Positions 53,483 through 61,709 of a stretch of DNA of 64,000 nt are shown here, piece by piece (the first letter of the stretch is position 1; each line of letters starts with the position of its first letter). The stretch covers positions 2,592,001 through 2,656,000 of the forward strand of contig OZ251992.1 in assembly GCA_965246885.1 (NCBI GenBank). Direction: 5' to 3'. A program made the translations under genes and the position numbers. This DNA comes from Abditibacterium sp. GTDB lineage: Bacteria > Armatimonadota > Abditibacteriia > Abditibacteriales > Abditibacteriaceae. The notes below the pieces were generated by a model. It ran no database searches. It was not told where the DNA came from and worked only from the letters and a program-made list of their open reading frames with translations.

Positions 53483-53716
53483 CTACTCTTTTAACATCCG
53501 CGCCACCTCCTCTTCCCAATTCGCGCCCCACAGCTCGCGCTTTTGTTTGTCGCTGAGGAAGACGCCGTGCGAATAGTCGTCTTGATCTTCCTCATTGGTT
53601 GCTTGCATCATCGAAAGCCAATTGTTCCAGAAAGAGACGAGTTCGTTCCACTCCATATTCTGAACGTCCAAATCCTCTTCGGACAAAAAGGCATCGCGGA
53701 GTTGAAAGTCATACAT
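53483..53716 (-). CDS. Small acidic hypothetical protein
   Basis: 78 aa; QATNEEDQDDYSHG motif; start overlaps the upstream gene's stop. Confidence 0.7.
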   Translation of the reverse strand: MYDFQLRDAFLSEEDLDVQNMEWNELVSFWNNWLSMMQATNEEDQDDYSHGVFLSDKQKRELWGANWEEEVARMLKE

Positions 53717-54518
53717 CGTCGTTTCCAAAAGGTAGCACTCCCTCAGCGCGTTCAACAATTATCTTATGGGCCTCACGAAGCGGCGACTGCTTTACGTCTT
53801 TTTCGATGTCGCGCCACACGAGCCGCCACGGTTGCGCCAACTGCGAGAATCGTAGCAATCGGTCTTGGTTGGCTTTAATCATCTGCCGTCGCTCTTGAAA
53901 CAGCGCCAATTCCAACTCTTCAACTCCTCGCTCCGCCGCTTCCAAGGCTGGGCGGATTACTTTGGCTTGGGCGAAAATTTCGGGGTGTTCTTGGGTCAGA
54001 CGAACGATGTCGAGCGAACTTTGACTGGACAAAAGCTGCGGCAACACGTCTAAACGTCGCGCCAGATCGCCGATTATCATATAGTCACGCCCTCGATCCG
54101 TCTTTTTGAGTTCAATTAGGCGCCGCACATCAATAGTTGGCACGGGGAGATGTTTCGCGGCTCCGGCCTTTTGTTCGCGCCAAAGGGCAGCTAACTCTTC
54201 GGGCGCCAATCGCGGTGGGCGCGTCACGAAATCGGCGCGGGCGCGGTAGCCATCGGTTTGCCAGTCGAAATGCGCGCTCCACCCGCCGCCCATCCAACGC
54301 ACATCCAAGGGCGCACCAAAGCGGTAATGGGCGCCATAAGATTCCAGCGTTGCTAAAATATGGTTCAAAGCGGCAGGAGTCTCGCGCGCAATCCAGTCGC
54401 CGTCTTTGGAAACAACGGCGAGTTTGTGAACGACTACCGCCTGTCCTGACGACAGAATCGCGCGCAGTTCTCCCGCGTTGAACTCGTTGGTCAGGTCAAG
54501 GTAGATATTACTCTGCAC
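53709..54518 (-). CDS. Putative nucleotidyltransferase-fold protein
   Basis: SSGQAVVVH...SKDGDW resembles the NTase GGxA..H..TxDxD motif; LKKTDRGRDY; GTG start assumed. Confidence 0.6.
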   Translation of the reverse strand: MQSNIYLDLTNEFNAGELRAILSSGQAVVVHKLAVVSKDGDWIARETPAALNHILATLESYGAHYRFGAPLDVRWMGGGWSAHFDWQTDGYRARADFVTRPPRLAPEELAALWREQKAGAAKHLPVPTIDVRRLIELKKTDRGRDYMIIGDLARRLDVLPQLLSSQSSLDIVRLTQEHPEIFAQAKVIRPALEAAERGVEELELALFQERRQMIKANQDRLLRFSQLAQPWRLVWRDIEKDVKQSPLREAHKIIVERAEGVLPFGNDDV

Positions 54519-54520
54519 GC

Positions 54521-55108
54521 TCACACAGTTTGCCGCAAGCGTTCGAGCGCGTCCGCCAACTCTTTGGGCGTGCCAAAGTTGGAGTGAACGTCCAAATGCA
54601 AGGTGTTGGACATCTCGTGCGCGCTGGATTGAAGCGTCACGATATTGGCGCCACGAAGCGGCAGGTCTTCGACGGGCACGCGATGGCCGGGGAGCAGATG
54701 CAGCGTGACGCACGGTAGGCTCGCTCCGGCAGAAGAGGCATCCGTCAGGGGAAGCGCCACATCCTCGCAACTGATGCGTTCCACCTCGCGCCAAGGGATG
54801 AACACCCCGTTCGGGTATTTGTTGCCGCGCGAGGGTTGCAACGTCAAAATTCCCTTGGAGGTCGCTTCCAGTAAGAGTGGCGGCTTGCGATATTTGCCCC
54901 ACGCCTTGCCCGCAAAGCCTAAAAACACCACCGAAAACGCGCCCAATGCGAGCGCACCGAACGGTAAAGCAACGCCTTGCGTCAGGATGCGCACGGCGAA
55001 AAAGCCTGTTGTCGCCGCAACAAGCAAACAAATGGCGAACGATACGAGCGAACTGCTCTGGGGCACGCGCGCCTCGATATGGGTGTCGGTTCGAGAAGCA
55101 GTAGTCAT
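54521..55108 (-). CDS. Hypothetical two-TM protein (paralogue of the adjacent gene)
   Basis: PPLLLEATSKGILTLQ...CVTLHLLPGH...ELADALERLRQTV. Confidence 0.7.
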   Translation of the reverse strand: MTTASRTDTHIEARVPQSSSLVSFAICLLVAATTGFFAVRILTQGVALPFGALALGAFSVVFLGFAGKAWGKYRKPPLLLEATSKGILTLQPSRGNKYPNGVFIPWREVERISCEDVALPLTDASSAGASLPCVTLHLLPGHRVPVEDLPLRGANIVTLQSSAHEMSNTLHLDVHSNFGTPKELADALERLRQTV

Positions 55109-55132
55109 AAGGGCCGCACAGGGCGTGACCCC

Positions 55133-55768
55133 TTAATCATCACGGTTTTGACCGAAAGCAGCGCCCCGCCCGCACTTGCGCACCGTCCGGCGCATGCGCT
55201 CCAACTCCGCCGCCAAGTCCGTATACGGGCCGAAATCCGTTTTGCCATCGAGATAAAGCGCGTTCTCGTTGGAATGAGGGGACGTGCGACCTAACTTCAC
55301 CGCGAATTTATCGGGGTTGCCCAGCGACACCTCTTGCACCGGCGCGCTATGACCGGGATGCAAGCGGAGCACCACGCAATGAACCGTCACATCCCCGTCG
55401 CTCGACGGCACCCGAATCGTTTCGGCGCCTATGCTCTCGATGTCGCTCCACGTCACCAAGCGCCCGACGCGCCCCGCATCGCTTCCGCCCGCCCGCAACG
55501 ACTGATAAGTGATTATCCCTTCGCGTGTCGCTTCGAGCATAAGTGGCGGATAGAAAACGCGCCGCCCGAACGTGAGCGCGCCCGCGCCAGTAAAAACCGC
55601 AAAAAGCAGGATAACCGCCGAAATGAACAGTGGCTCCGCCCGCCCCGGCGGACGCACGACGAACCACACCAACCCCACGCACACAACGGCGCAAATGAGG
55701 AACCCCGTCAGCGAGTCGCTGCGACGCACGTGCGCCCTGAGCGCGATGTCCGAGAACGGCGATTGCAT
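55133..55768 (-). CDS. Hypothetical two-TM protein (paralogue of the adjacent gene)
   Basis: PPLMLEATREGIITYQ...CVVLRLHPGH...DLAAELERMRRTV. Confidence 0.7.
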   Translation of the reverse strand: MQSPFSDIALRAHVRRSDSLTGFLICAVVCVGLVWFVVRPPGRAEPLFISAVILLFAVFTGAGALTFGRRVFYPPLMLEATREGIITYQSLRAGGSDAGRVGRLVTWSDIESIGAETIRVPSSDGDVTVHCVVLRLHPGHSAPVQEVSLGNPDKFAVKLGRTSPHSNENALYLDGKTDFGPYTDLAAELERMRRTVRKCGRGAAFGQNRDD

Positions 55769-55783
55769 AGTAAATTCCCGGCT

Positions 55784-56059
55784 TTACTCTTCGCCCGCGA
55801 GCCGCACATGCCCCTCGATACGAGCGACATAGCGCGGCAGTTCCAACCCTTTCGCCGCGTCCAGTAGTTCCCGCCAAAACGCAGGGCTAACCGCCGTCGC
55901 CGCCCCGCACTCTTCCAAAATCGCTGTCGCCATCCGCCAATCTTTGCGCGTGATCGCAGAGGGAAAAGCGTTCAACTCGTGCAAGTCCAGATGCTCCCCC
56001 GTCTCGATCAGAATGGCATGAGCGGCTTCGAGATGGGTTTTGATGTGGTGGTAGTTCAT
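55784..56059 (-). CDS. Small helical hypothetical protein (immunity-protein-like)
   Basis: About 91 aa; W..A..ILEE.G...FWRELLDAAKGLEL pattern; ATG at 56059 assumed. Confidence 0.5.
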   Translation of the reverse strand: MNYHHIKTHLEAAHAILIETGEHLDLHELNAFPSAITRKDWRMATAILEECGAATAVSPAFWRELLDAAKGLELPRYVARIEGHVRLAGEE

Positions 56060-56213
56060 CTGTGTAAACGAACGGTCAGCGCACATAGTTCTTTCGTTGG
56101 CATAACTAATTCCGCGTTCGCTTATGCGCGCCGACCGTTCGCCGGGTTCTATCCGTCGTTGGCGCGACTCTTTCTTTCGTTCGCCCATGCACGTCAACCA
56201 TCCAGCGACATCT

Positions 56214-57440
56214 CTACCCGCTTAATTTAGGCAAGTCCTCGCCGCCGCCACTAAGTTGATACTTTGTTTGGGTTTGCAACGGCAAGCCGTGCAGTTTGAT
56301 AAAGCCCAGCGCGGCATCGGAATCGAAAGTGTCGCCTTCATCGTAGGTCGCCAACTCGTAGCGATACAATGATTTGGGCGACTTGCGGCCAACCACCATT
56401 GAGGTGCCTTTGAAGAACTTGAGGCGCACTGTTCCAACAACATTCTTCTGGCTCGATTGCACAAAAGCGCGCAGGTCTTGATGCAACGCCGAAAACCACA
56501 AACCGTTGTAAATCATCTCCGCTATCTGCCCCCCGACGGTGCTCTTAAAGCGCGCTTGATCGCGGCTGAGACACATGTCTTCCAAGGCATGATGCGCTTG
56601 ATGGAGGACGACGGCGGCGGGTGACTCGTAAATTTCGCGCGACTTGATGCCAATCAAACGGTTCTCCACGTGATCAATGCGTCCGATGCCGTGCTCGCCC
56701 GCCATGTCGTTGAGCTTTTGCACAAGTGTTACGCTGTCAAGAGCCTCGCCGTCAAGGGCGACGGGCAAGCCTTTGTCGAACTCGATTTCGACATATTGCG
56801 GCTTGGCGGGCGCGTCTTCGGGGTTTTTTGTCCACAGCCACACTTCGGCGGGCGGCTCGACCCAAGGGTCTTCGAGGATGCCCGCTTCAATCGAGCGACC
56901 CCACAGGTTCACGTCCGTCGAATACGGGCTGTTGACCGACGCGGGAATCGGGATGTTGTTCTGGCGGGCGTATTCGATCTCGGCGGGCCGCGACAGTTTC
57001 CACTCGCGCACGGGCGCGATGATTTTGAGGTCGGGGTCGAGGGCAGTGACGGACACATCGAGCCGCACTTGGTCGTTGCCTTTGCCGGTGCAGCCGTGCG
57101 CGACGAATTTGGCGCCGACTTCGTGCGCGACATCCACCAACAACTTGGCGATGAGCGGGCGCCCGATAGCCGTTGCGAGCGGGTATTCGCGCTCATAGAT
57201 GGCGCCGGCTTGGAGGGCGGGAAAAGCGAAGTAGCGCAGGAACAAATCGCGCCCGTCCACGATCTTGGCGTCAACGGCGCCCACGTCAAGCGCGCGCTGA
57301 CGAATGGCGGGCAAGTCGCGCTCGGAGCCAAGGTCAATGGTGAGCGCGACAACGTCGTGACCGTAGTTTTCTTTGATCCACTTGATAGCGACGCTCGTAT
57401 CGAGGCCGCCGGAATAGGCGAGAACAACTTTTTCTGGCAT
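56214..57440 (-). CDS. argG: Argininosuccinate synthase
   Basis: VVLAYSGGLDTS, AHGCTGKGNDQVR and IKSREIYE motifs. Confidence 0.99.
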   Translation of the reverse strand: MPEKVVLAYSGGLDTSVAIKWIKENYGHDVVALTIDLGSERDLPAIRQRALDVGAVDAKIVDGRDLFLRYFAFPALQAGAIYEREYPLATAIGRPLIAKLLVDVAHEVGAKFVAHGCTGKGNDQVRLDVSVTALDPDLKIIAPVREWKLSRPAEIEYARQNNIPIPASVNSPYSTDVNLWGRSIEAGILEDPWVEPPAEVWLWTKNPEDAPAKPQYVEIEFDKGLPVALDGEALDSVTLVQKLNDMAGEHGIGRIDHVENRLIGIKSREIYESPAAVVLHQAHHALEDMCLSRDQARFKSTVGGQIAEMIYNGLWFSALHQDLRAFVQSSQKNVVGTVRLKFFKGTSMVVGRKSPKSLYRYELATYDEGDTFDSDAALGFIKLHGLPLQTQTKYQLSGGGEDLPKLSG

Positions 57441-57503
57441 TATGGGGAACAGGTTAGCGAAACGGCGTCTCTCATCAACGGCCTCGCGCCACGCGACAAG
57501 AGG

Positions 57504-58727
57504 TCAGGGCTTGGTTTGCGGCTGTTGACTTAGCCACTCCCCAACGCCTTCACCCGACAATTTCTCGAAGGCGGCAGATCCGACAACTCCCGGTTGGCGT
57601 AGCAAGCAGTAGTCGGCGAGGGCAGGAATGGCGCTTTTGTCGCCGATGTTGGCGAGGGCTTGCGCGGCTGTATTACCGACAGCCCCCACCAGTTCTGTAG
57701 TTCGCAAGATGGTGAGTAAGCGCGGGACGGCGCGGCGCTCTTTGCGTTCGCCCAAGATTTCCATCACCGGCGTGAGGGTGTTGAACTCTCCGCGCGTGTT
57801 TAAAAGCCGGAGCAAAACGTCGTTGATGCGCGGGTCGTCGTATCTGTTGAGCGCATAAACGGCCTGACCGACGTAAGAGCCGTACAAGAAATGGGGGTCA
57901 AGCGCGGCGAAAAGCGGCTCGACCGCGCGCGGGTCGTAAAGCCACGTTCCGCCATCCGAAGCAATGATGGCGATGGCTGTCTCCCGCACTCCGGCGTCGG
58001 GGTCGTGGAGCGCGCGGAAGATCGCCTCGCGGCCCGTCGAATCGCCAATGGCCGGAAGAAAGCCGAGAATGGCTTTGCGCACGGACGGGCGTTTGTCTTT
58101 CAACACGCGCAAGAACGGCGCGATGGGAAGAATAAGGTTGACCCGCAACACCTCGCGTTGCGCGCCTCGGATACCGTTGGAAAGATTGGCTCCAAGGTGC
58201 CCCCACTGCTCGAAGATGGAGGCGGCGGCAGCGGAAACGCGGGTGTCCTTATCCTGAAGTGCGTCGAGTATCACGGGCCAGTATTTGATCTCTACAAAGC
58301 CATTGATGCCCTGATTCCATGCGTCCAATGCAGCGATGGCGTTGAGGCGAGCGACAGGCGGCCCGCTTCTTACCGCTTCGGCAAGGGCGGGTATGCTCTC
58401 TCTGCCAATGCGTCTAAGCACGTAAGCCGCCCGCTCCCCGACGCGCGTCGGGTTTCCCGATATTGGATAGTCGGAAACCGGGCCGCCAGTGTCGGAAAGC
58501 AACGCCGCGATTGCGGGGATGACGGGAACTGCCACCCCTCCCAAGTCGCCCAAAGCGTTGAGCGCTTGCACCCTGTCCAACGGTTCGGGCGAGCGTAACA
58601 GCGCCACGAGAGCGGGGACATCGTGAACAATCTTGGCATCGGGCAAGTAGGAGCCAAATTTCTTGTAAGCCTCGCAACGGAGGGCGAGAACACAGGCGAA
58701 GAGGAAAAGCAGAAGGCGTGGTAGCAT
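57504..58727 (-). CDS. Secreted HEAT-repeat protein
   Basis: Signal peptide; repeated L.D.D..VR..A..AL units. Confidence 0.85.
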   Translation of the reverse strand: MLPRLLLFLFACVLALRCEAYKKFGSYLPDAKIVHDVPALVALLRSPEPLDRVQALNALGDLGGVAVPVIPAIAALLSDTGGPVSDYPISGNPTRVGERAAYVLRRIGRESIPALAEAVRSGPPVARLNAIAALDAWNQGINGFVEIKYWPVILDALQDKDTRVSAAAASIFEQWGHLGANLSNGIRGAQREVLRVNLILPIAPFLRVLKDKRPSVRKAILGFLPAIGDSTGREAIFRALHDPDAGVRETAIAIIASDGGTWLYDPRAVEPLFAALDPHFLYGSYVGQAVYALNRYDDPRINDVLLRLLNTRGEFNTLTPVMEILGERKERRAVPRLLTILRTTELVGAVGNTAAQALANIGDKSAIPALADYCLLRQPGVVGSAAFEKLSGEGVGEWLSQQPQTKP

Positions 58728-58751
58728 AGGCAGAACTCCGGTGCGGCGGCC

Positions 58752-58946
58752 TCAACCGTCGCGCGCTTCCATTTCCGCTTGGCGGCGTTCGAGTTCGAGG
58801 CGCTGGCGCTCCAGCCGCTCATCGGTGCGCTTGAGTTCGCCATGCAGGTCGCCCAGTTTCTGATACGTTTGGCTGAGGCGCGCGACGAGGGCCATCATCA
58901 CCGCGACGGCGAAGAAAAGGATGATGACGAGGAGAATGAGTTTCAT
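58752..58946 (-). CDS. Small membrane-anchored coiled-coil protein
   Basis: N-terminal TM and charged tail; ATG overlaps the toxin stop. Confidence 0.6.
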   Translation of the reverse strand: MKLILLVIILFFAVAVMMALVARLSQTYQKLGDLHGELKRTDERLERQRLELERRQAEMEARDG

Positions 58947-59230
58947 CGGTAGACTTCCTTGCGGTCGCCAACGGCGACTACCACAACAACGAGGTGCTCG
59001 TTTTCAAGGGTGTAGACGAGGCGGTAGTCGCCAGAGCGGGCGCGGTAAAGCGCATTTCCGCTCGCGTGGCGCTCATCGGAGAGTTTCACGACGCCCGACG
59101 GTCGCGGGTTGTTCCTAAGCGCCTCGGCAAGGGCAACCAAGCGGGGCTGCACGGCGCGCGGTAGCTTCTTGAGTTGGCGCACCGACGCGGGTTCCCAGCG
59201 CAAGCTCCACTGCGGGGCATCATCGGGCAT
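58943..59230 (-). CDS. RelE/ParE-family type II toxin
   Basis: LKKL...NPRPSGVVKL...YRARSGDYRLVY...VGDRKEVY. Confidence 0.9.
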   Translation of the reverse strand: MPDDAPQWSLRWEPASVRQLKKLPRAVQPRLVALAEALRNNPRPSGVVKLSDERHASGNALYRARSGDYRLVYTLENEHLVVVVVAVGDRKEVYR

Positions 59231-59501
59231 GTTCGACTTCCTTGTGCGACAGGCCCAAATCGGCCATCACTTGCTCTGTCGTCAAGCGTTGAGACGGGTC
59301 TGATGTCGCCAGCACCTCCAATCCCACGCGCAGGTCTTCTTCATCCTCGACGCGCTCAATGGCGCGGCGGCGCAGATACTCGTCGGCGATGGACGCGAAC
59401 AAGTCGTCGAGCGATTGGCCGCTTTCGCGGGCTTCTTGCTCTAATTGCGATTCGACTTCGGGGCGCAGTTGAACAGTCATAGCTTCAGTTTGAGCCGTCA
59501 C
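59220..59501 (-). CDS. Putative cognate antitoxin (RHH-like, acidic)
   Basis: Small acidic protein overlapping the toxin start; ends EQVMADLGL. Confidence 0.8.
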   Translation of the reverse strand: MTAQTEAMTVQLRPEVESQLEQEARESGQSLDDLFASIADEYLRRRAIERVEDEEDLRVGLEVLATSDPSQRLTTEQVMADLGLSHKEVEHAR

Positions 59502-60448
59502 GGGTCACTGGTGAGCGGGCGCGGCGTGAGGACGCCGATGGTGGGGTCGAGCAAGTGGAGCAGCACGGCTTTTTGGGCGTGCAAACGGTTCTCGGCTTGG
59601 GTGAAGATTTCCGCCGCGTGCTTCTCGAAGGTTTCGGCGGAGATTTCCTCGCCGCGATGGGCGGGCAAACAATGAAGCACCAAGGCGTCCGGCTTGGCGA
59701 GCGCCATCAGTTGCTCGTTGATTTGAAAGGGCGGAAAAACGGCCAAGCGGCGCGCGGCCTCGGCTTCTTGGCCCATCGAAGTCCAGACGTCGGTATACAC
59801 GCAGTCCGCGCCGCGCACGGCGAGTTTCGCGTCGTCGAAGAGTTCGACTTCGCCGTCTCGCCGCGCAGCTTCGACGAAGCGGGCGTCGGGCGCGTAGCCA
59901 ACAGGCGTGGCGCACGTGAAGCGGACGCCGACTTTGGCGCATAACAGCATGAGGGAATGGCACACGTTGTTGCCGTCGCCGACATACGCGAGGGTGCGCC
60001 CCGTCCAGCCTTTGCACTCGCACAGCGTTTGCAAATCGGCGAGGGCTTGGCAGGGATGCTCCTCGTCGCACAGCCCGTTGACGACGGGTTTGCCCGCCCA
60101 GCGCGCCAGTTCCACGACGGTTTCATGTTTGAAGACGCGCGCCACGATGCCGTCGCACATCCCGCCGAGCACCCGCGCGATGTCCTGAATCGCCTCGCGC
60201 TTACCCAAGCCGATGTCGGAGGGCGCCAGATTCACCGCGTGCGCCCCGCAATGCGCGAGGGCCGTCTCGAACGAAACCCGCGTGCGCAGCGACGGCTTCT
60301 CGAACACCATTGCGACTGTCTGCCCGCGTAGCAGTTGGAACTGCGCGCGCGGGTTTTCGAGCCGCTCGCGCTTGAGCCGCGCGGCCTCCGCCAACAAAAA
60401 CAGCGCATCATCGCGCGACAGGTCGCTAATCGAAAGCAGGTGATTCAT
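59498..60448 (-). CDS. argF: Ornithine carbamoyltransferase
   Basis: FEKPSLRT, HPCQALAD, YTDVWTSMG and HCLPAHRG motifs. Confidence 0.98.
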   Translation of the reverse strand: MNHLLSISDLSRDDALFLLAEAARLKRERLENPRAQFQLLRGQTVAMVFEKPSLRTRVSFETALAHCGAHAVNLAPSDIGLGKREAIQDIARVLGGMCDGIVARVFKHETVVELARWAGKPVVNGLCDEEHPCQALADLQTLCECKGWTGRTLAYVGDGNNVCHSLMLLCAKVGVRFTCATPVGYAPDARFVEAARRDGEVELFDDAKLAVRGADCVYTDVWTSMGQEAEAARRLAVFPPFQINEQLMALAKPDALVLHCLPAHRGEEISAETFEKHAAEIFTQAENRLHAQKAVLLHLLDPTIGVLTPRPLTSDP

Positions 60449-60532
60449 CGCGGGCGACAGTTTGCCCAAGCCGCGCCCTTAGCGTTCGGAGTCACAAGGC
60501 CAGCGAGAAGCGCCGTTTCCCATCAGAAATCG

Positions 60533-60721
60533 CTCGATAGCTCACCGAAACAGGCCAAGAGAAGACCGTGACACGCCGCGAGACGACCGAATCATGCCAA
60601 TAGATAATAGCAACACGCCGCGAGAAGACCGAATCATGCCAAGAGACGACCGCGACACGCCAATAGATAATAGCAACATGCCACGAGAAGACCGAAACAG
60701 GCCGCGAGACGACTGAATCAT
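60533..60721. repeat. Degenerate tandem array F, 9 x 21 bp
   Basis: Units GCCAAGAGAAGACCGTGACAC, GCCGCGAGACGACCGAATCAT, GCCAATAGATAATAGCAACAC etc. starting at 60554 + 21n. Confidence 0.9.
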
Positions 60722-60812
60722 CGGACTCCACGCTCGAAGTGCGCCCGCGAGGGCGTTTTTCAGCCCCAAACTCATCGTGACGCGAGAATGCCACAGTTGG
60801 TAGAGGCTGATA

Positions 60813-61667
60813 ACCAGTGGTGCGGGTTTGCGGTGAGGCCACAGGTCAGCGTAATCTTGATGGTGACCAAACCTCAAGGAGCGACCTGTGACCCTTCAAG
60901 ATTTTACCGTGTCTCTGTTTTGCCGTGTGGACGACGCCTTGGCTGCCCTCAAACACCCCTTAGCCCATCTTCATCCCAGCGAAGTGGTGACCTTGGGCCT
61001 GCTTCACGCTTTGAAGGGCGGGGGCAATCGCGCCTTTTATCGCTGGGCTAAACGCGAGTTGAAGGAGCTTTTCCCCCGCTTGCCAGAGCGCACGCGCTTG
61101 TTCCGCTTGTTCGAGCAACACGCAGAGCAAACCCAGCATTTTCTCGCCGACCCCACCTTGTTTGGCGTGTGCGACAGCTTAGGTATCGAACTGTTGCACC
61201 CGCGCCGCCAAGGACGTAGCCCCCGCCAGATCGGGCGCAAGACCCTCTCCAACCACCGATGGATCGTGGGCGCCAAGTTCGTTGTGCTTTGCAACAGCCA
61301 AGGTCAGATCGTGAGGTGGCTTTGTGCCGGTGCCGCGTGCCATGACAGCGCCTTCCACGCGATGATTGACCGCGTGCGCGAGGAGATGATCGTGTTGAGC
61401 GACCAAGGCTTTCACGCCCACGAAGGCGACCCGGACAACTTGCTGGTGTGCAAGCGCGGCAAGTGGAACGAGCGGATGCTCATTGAGACCATCTTCTCGC
61501 TCTTCACCCGGGTGCTTGGACTCAAGAGGATGAGCAACCGCACATGGCCCGCCCTACGTGCGCGCCTCGCCTATGTGGTCGCCGCCTTCAACATCTGCAT
61601 CAACTGGACGGGCAAAGTCAAACTCCAACTTGCCGACTTCGCCCTCTGAACTACCCGCACCACTGGT
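60813..61667 (+). mobile_element. IS982-family insertion sequence, 855 bp
   Basis: Terminal IRs ACCAGTGGTGCGGGT / ACCCGCACCACTGGT; 5-bp direct repeat TGATA at 60808-60812 and 61668-61672. Confidence 0.9.
60888..61649 (+). CDS. IS982-family DDE transposase
   Basis: LHPSEVVT, FPRLPERTRL.R, VCDS, SDQGF and RMLIET motifs. Confidence 0.88.
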   Translation: MTLQDFTVSLFCRVDDALAALKHPLAHLHPSEVVTLGLLHALKGGGNRAFYRWAKRELKELFPRLPERTRLFRLFEQHAEQTQHFLADPTLFGVCDSLGIELLHPRRQGRSPRQIGRKTLSNHRWIVGAKFVVLCNSQGQIVRWLCAGAACHDSAFHAMIDRVREEMIVLSDQGFHAHEGDPDNLLVCKRGKWNERMLIETIFSLFTRVLGLKRMSNRTWPALRARLAYVVAAFNICINWTGKVKLQLADFAL

Positions 61668-61709
61668 TGATAAACTGCGGCGAAATCTGGCGCGTGTTGC
61701 GGAAACCTT

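Noticed and set aside
60492..60877. ORFs through array F (likewise 38015-38254 and 45096-45428)
   Set aside because: Open in several frames or strands as a result of the repeats; no clear RBS or domain, so not called as genes
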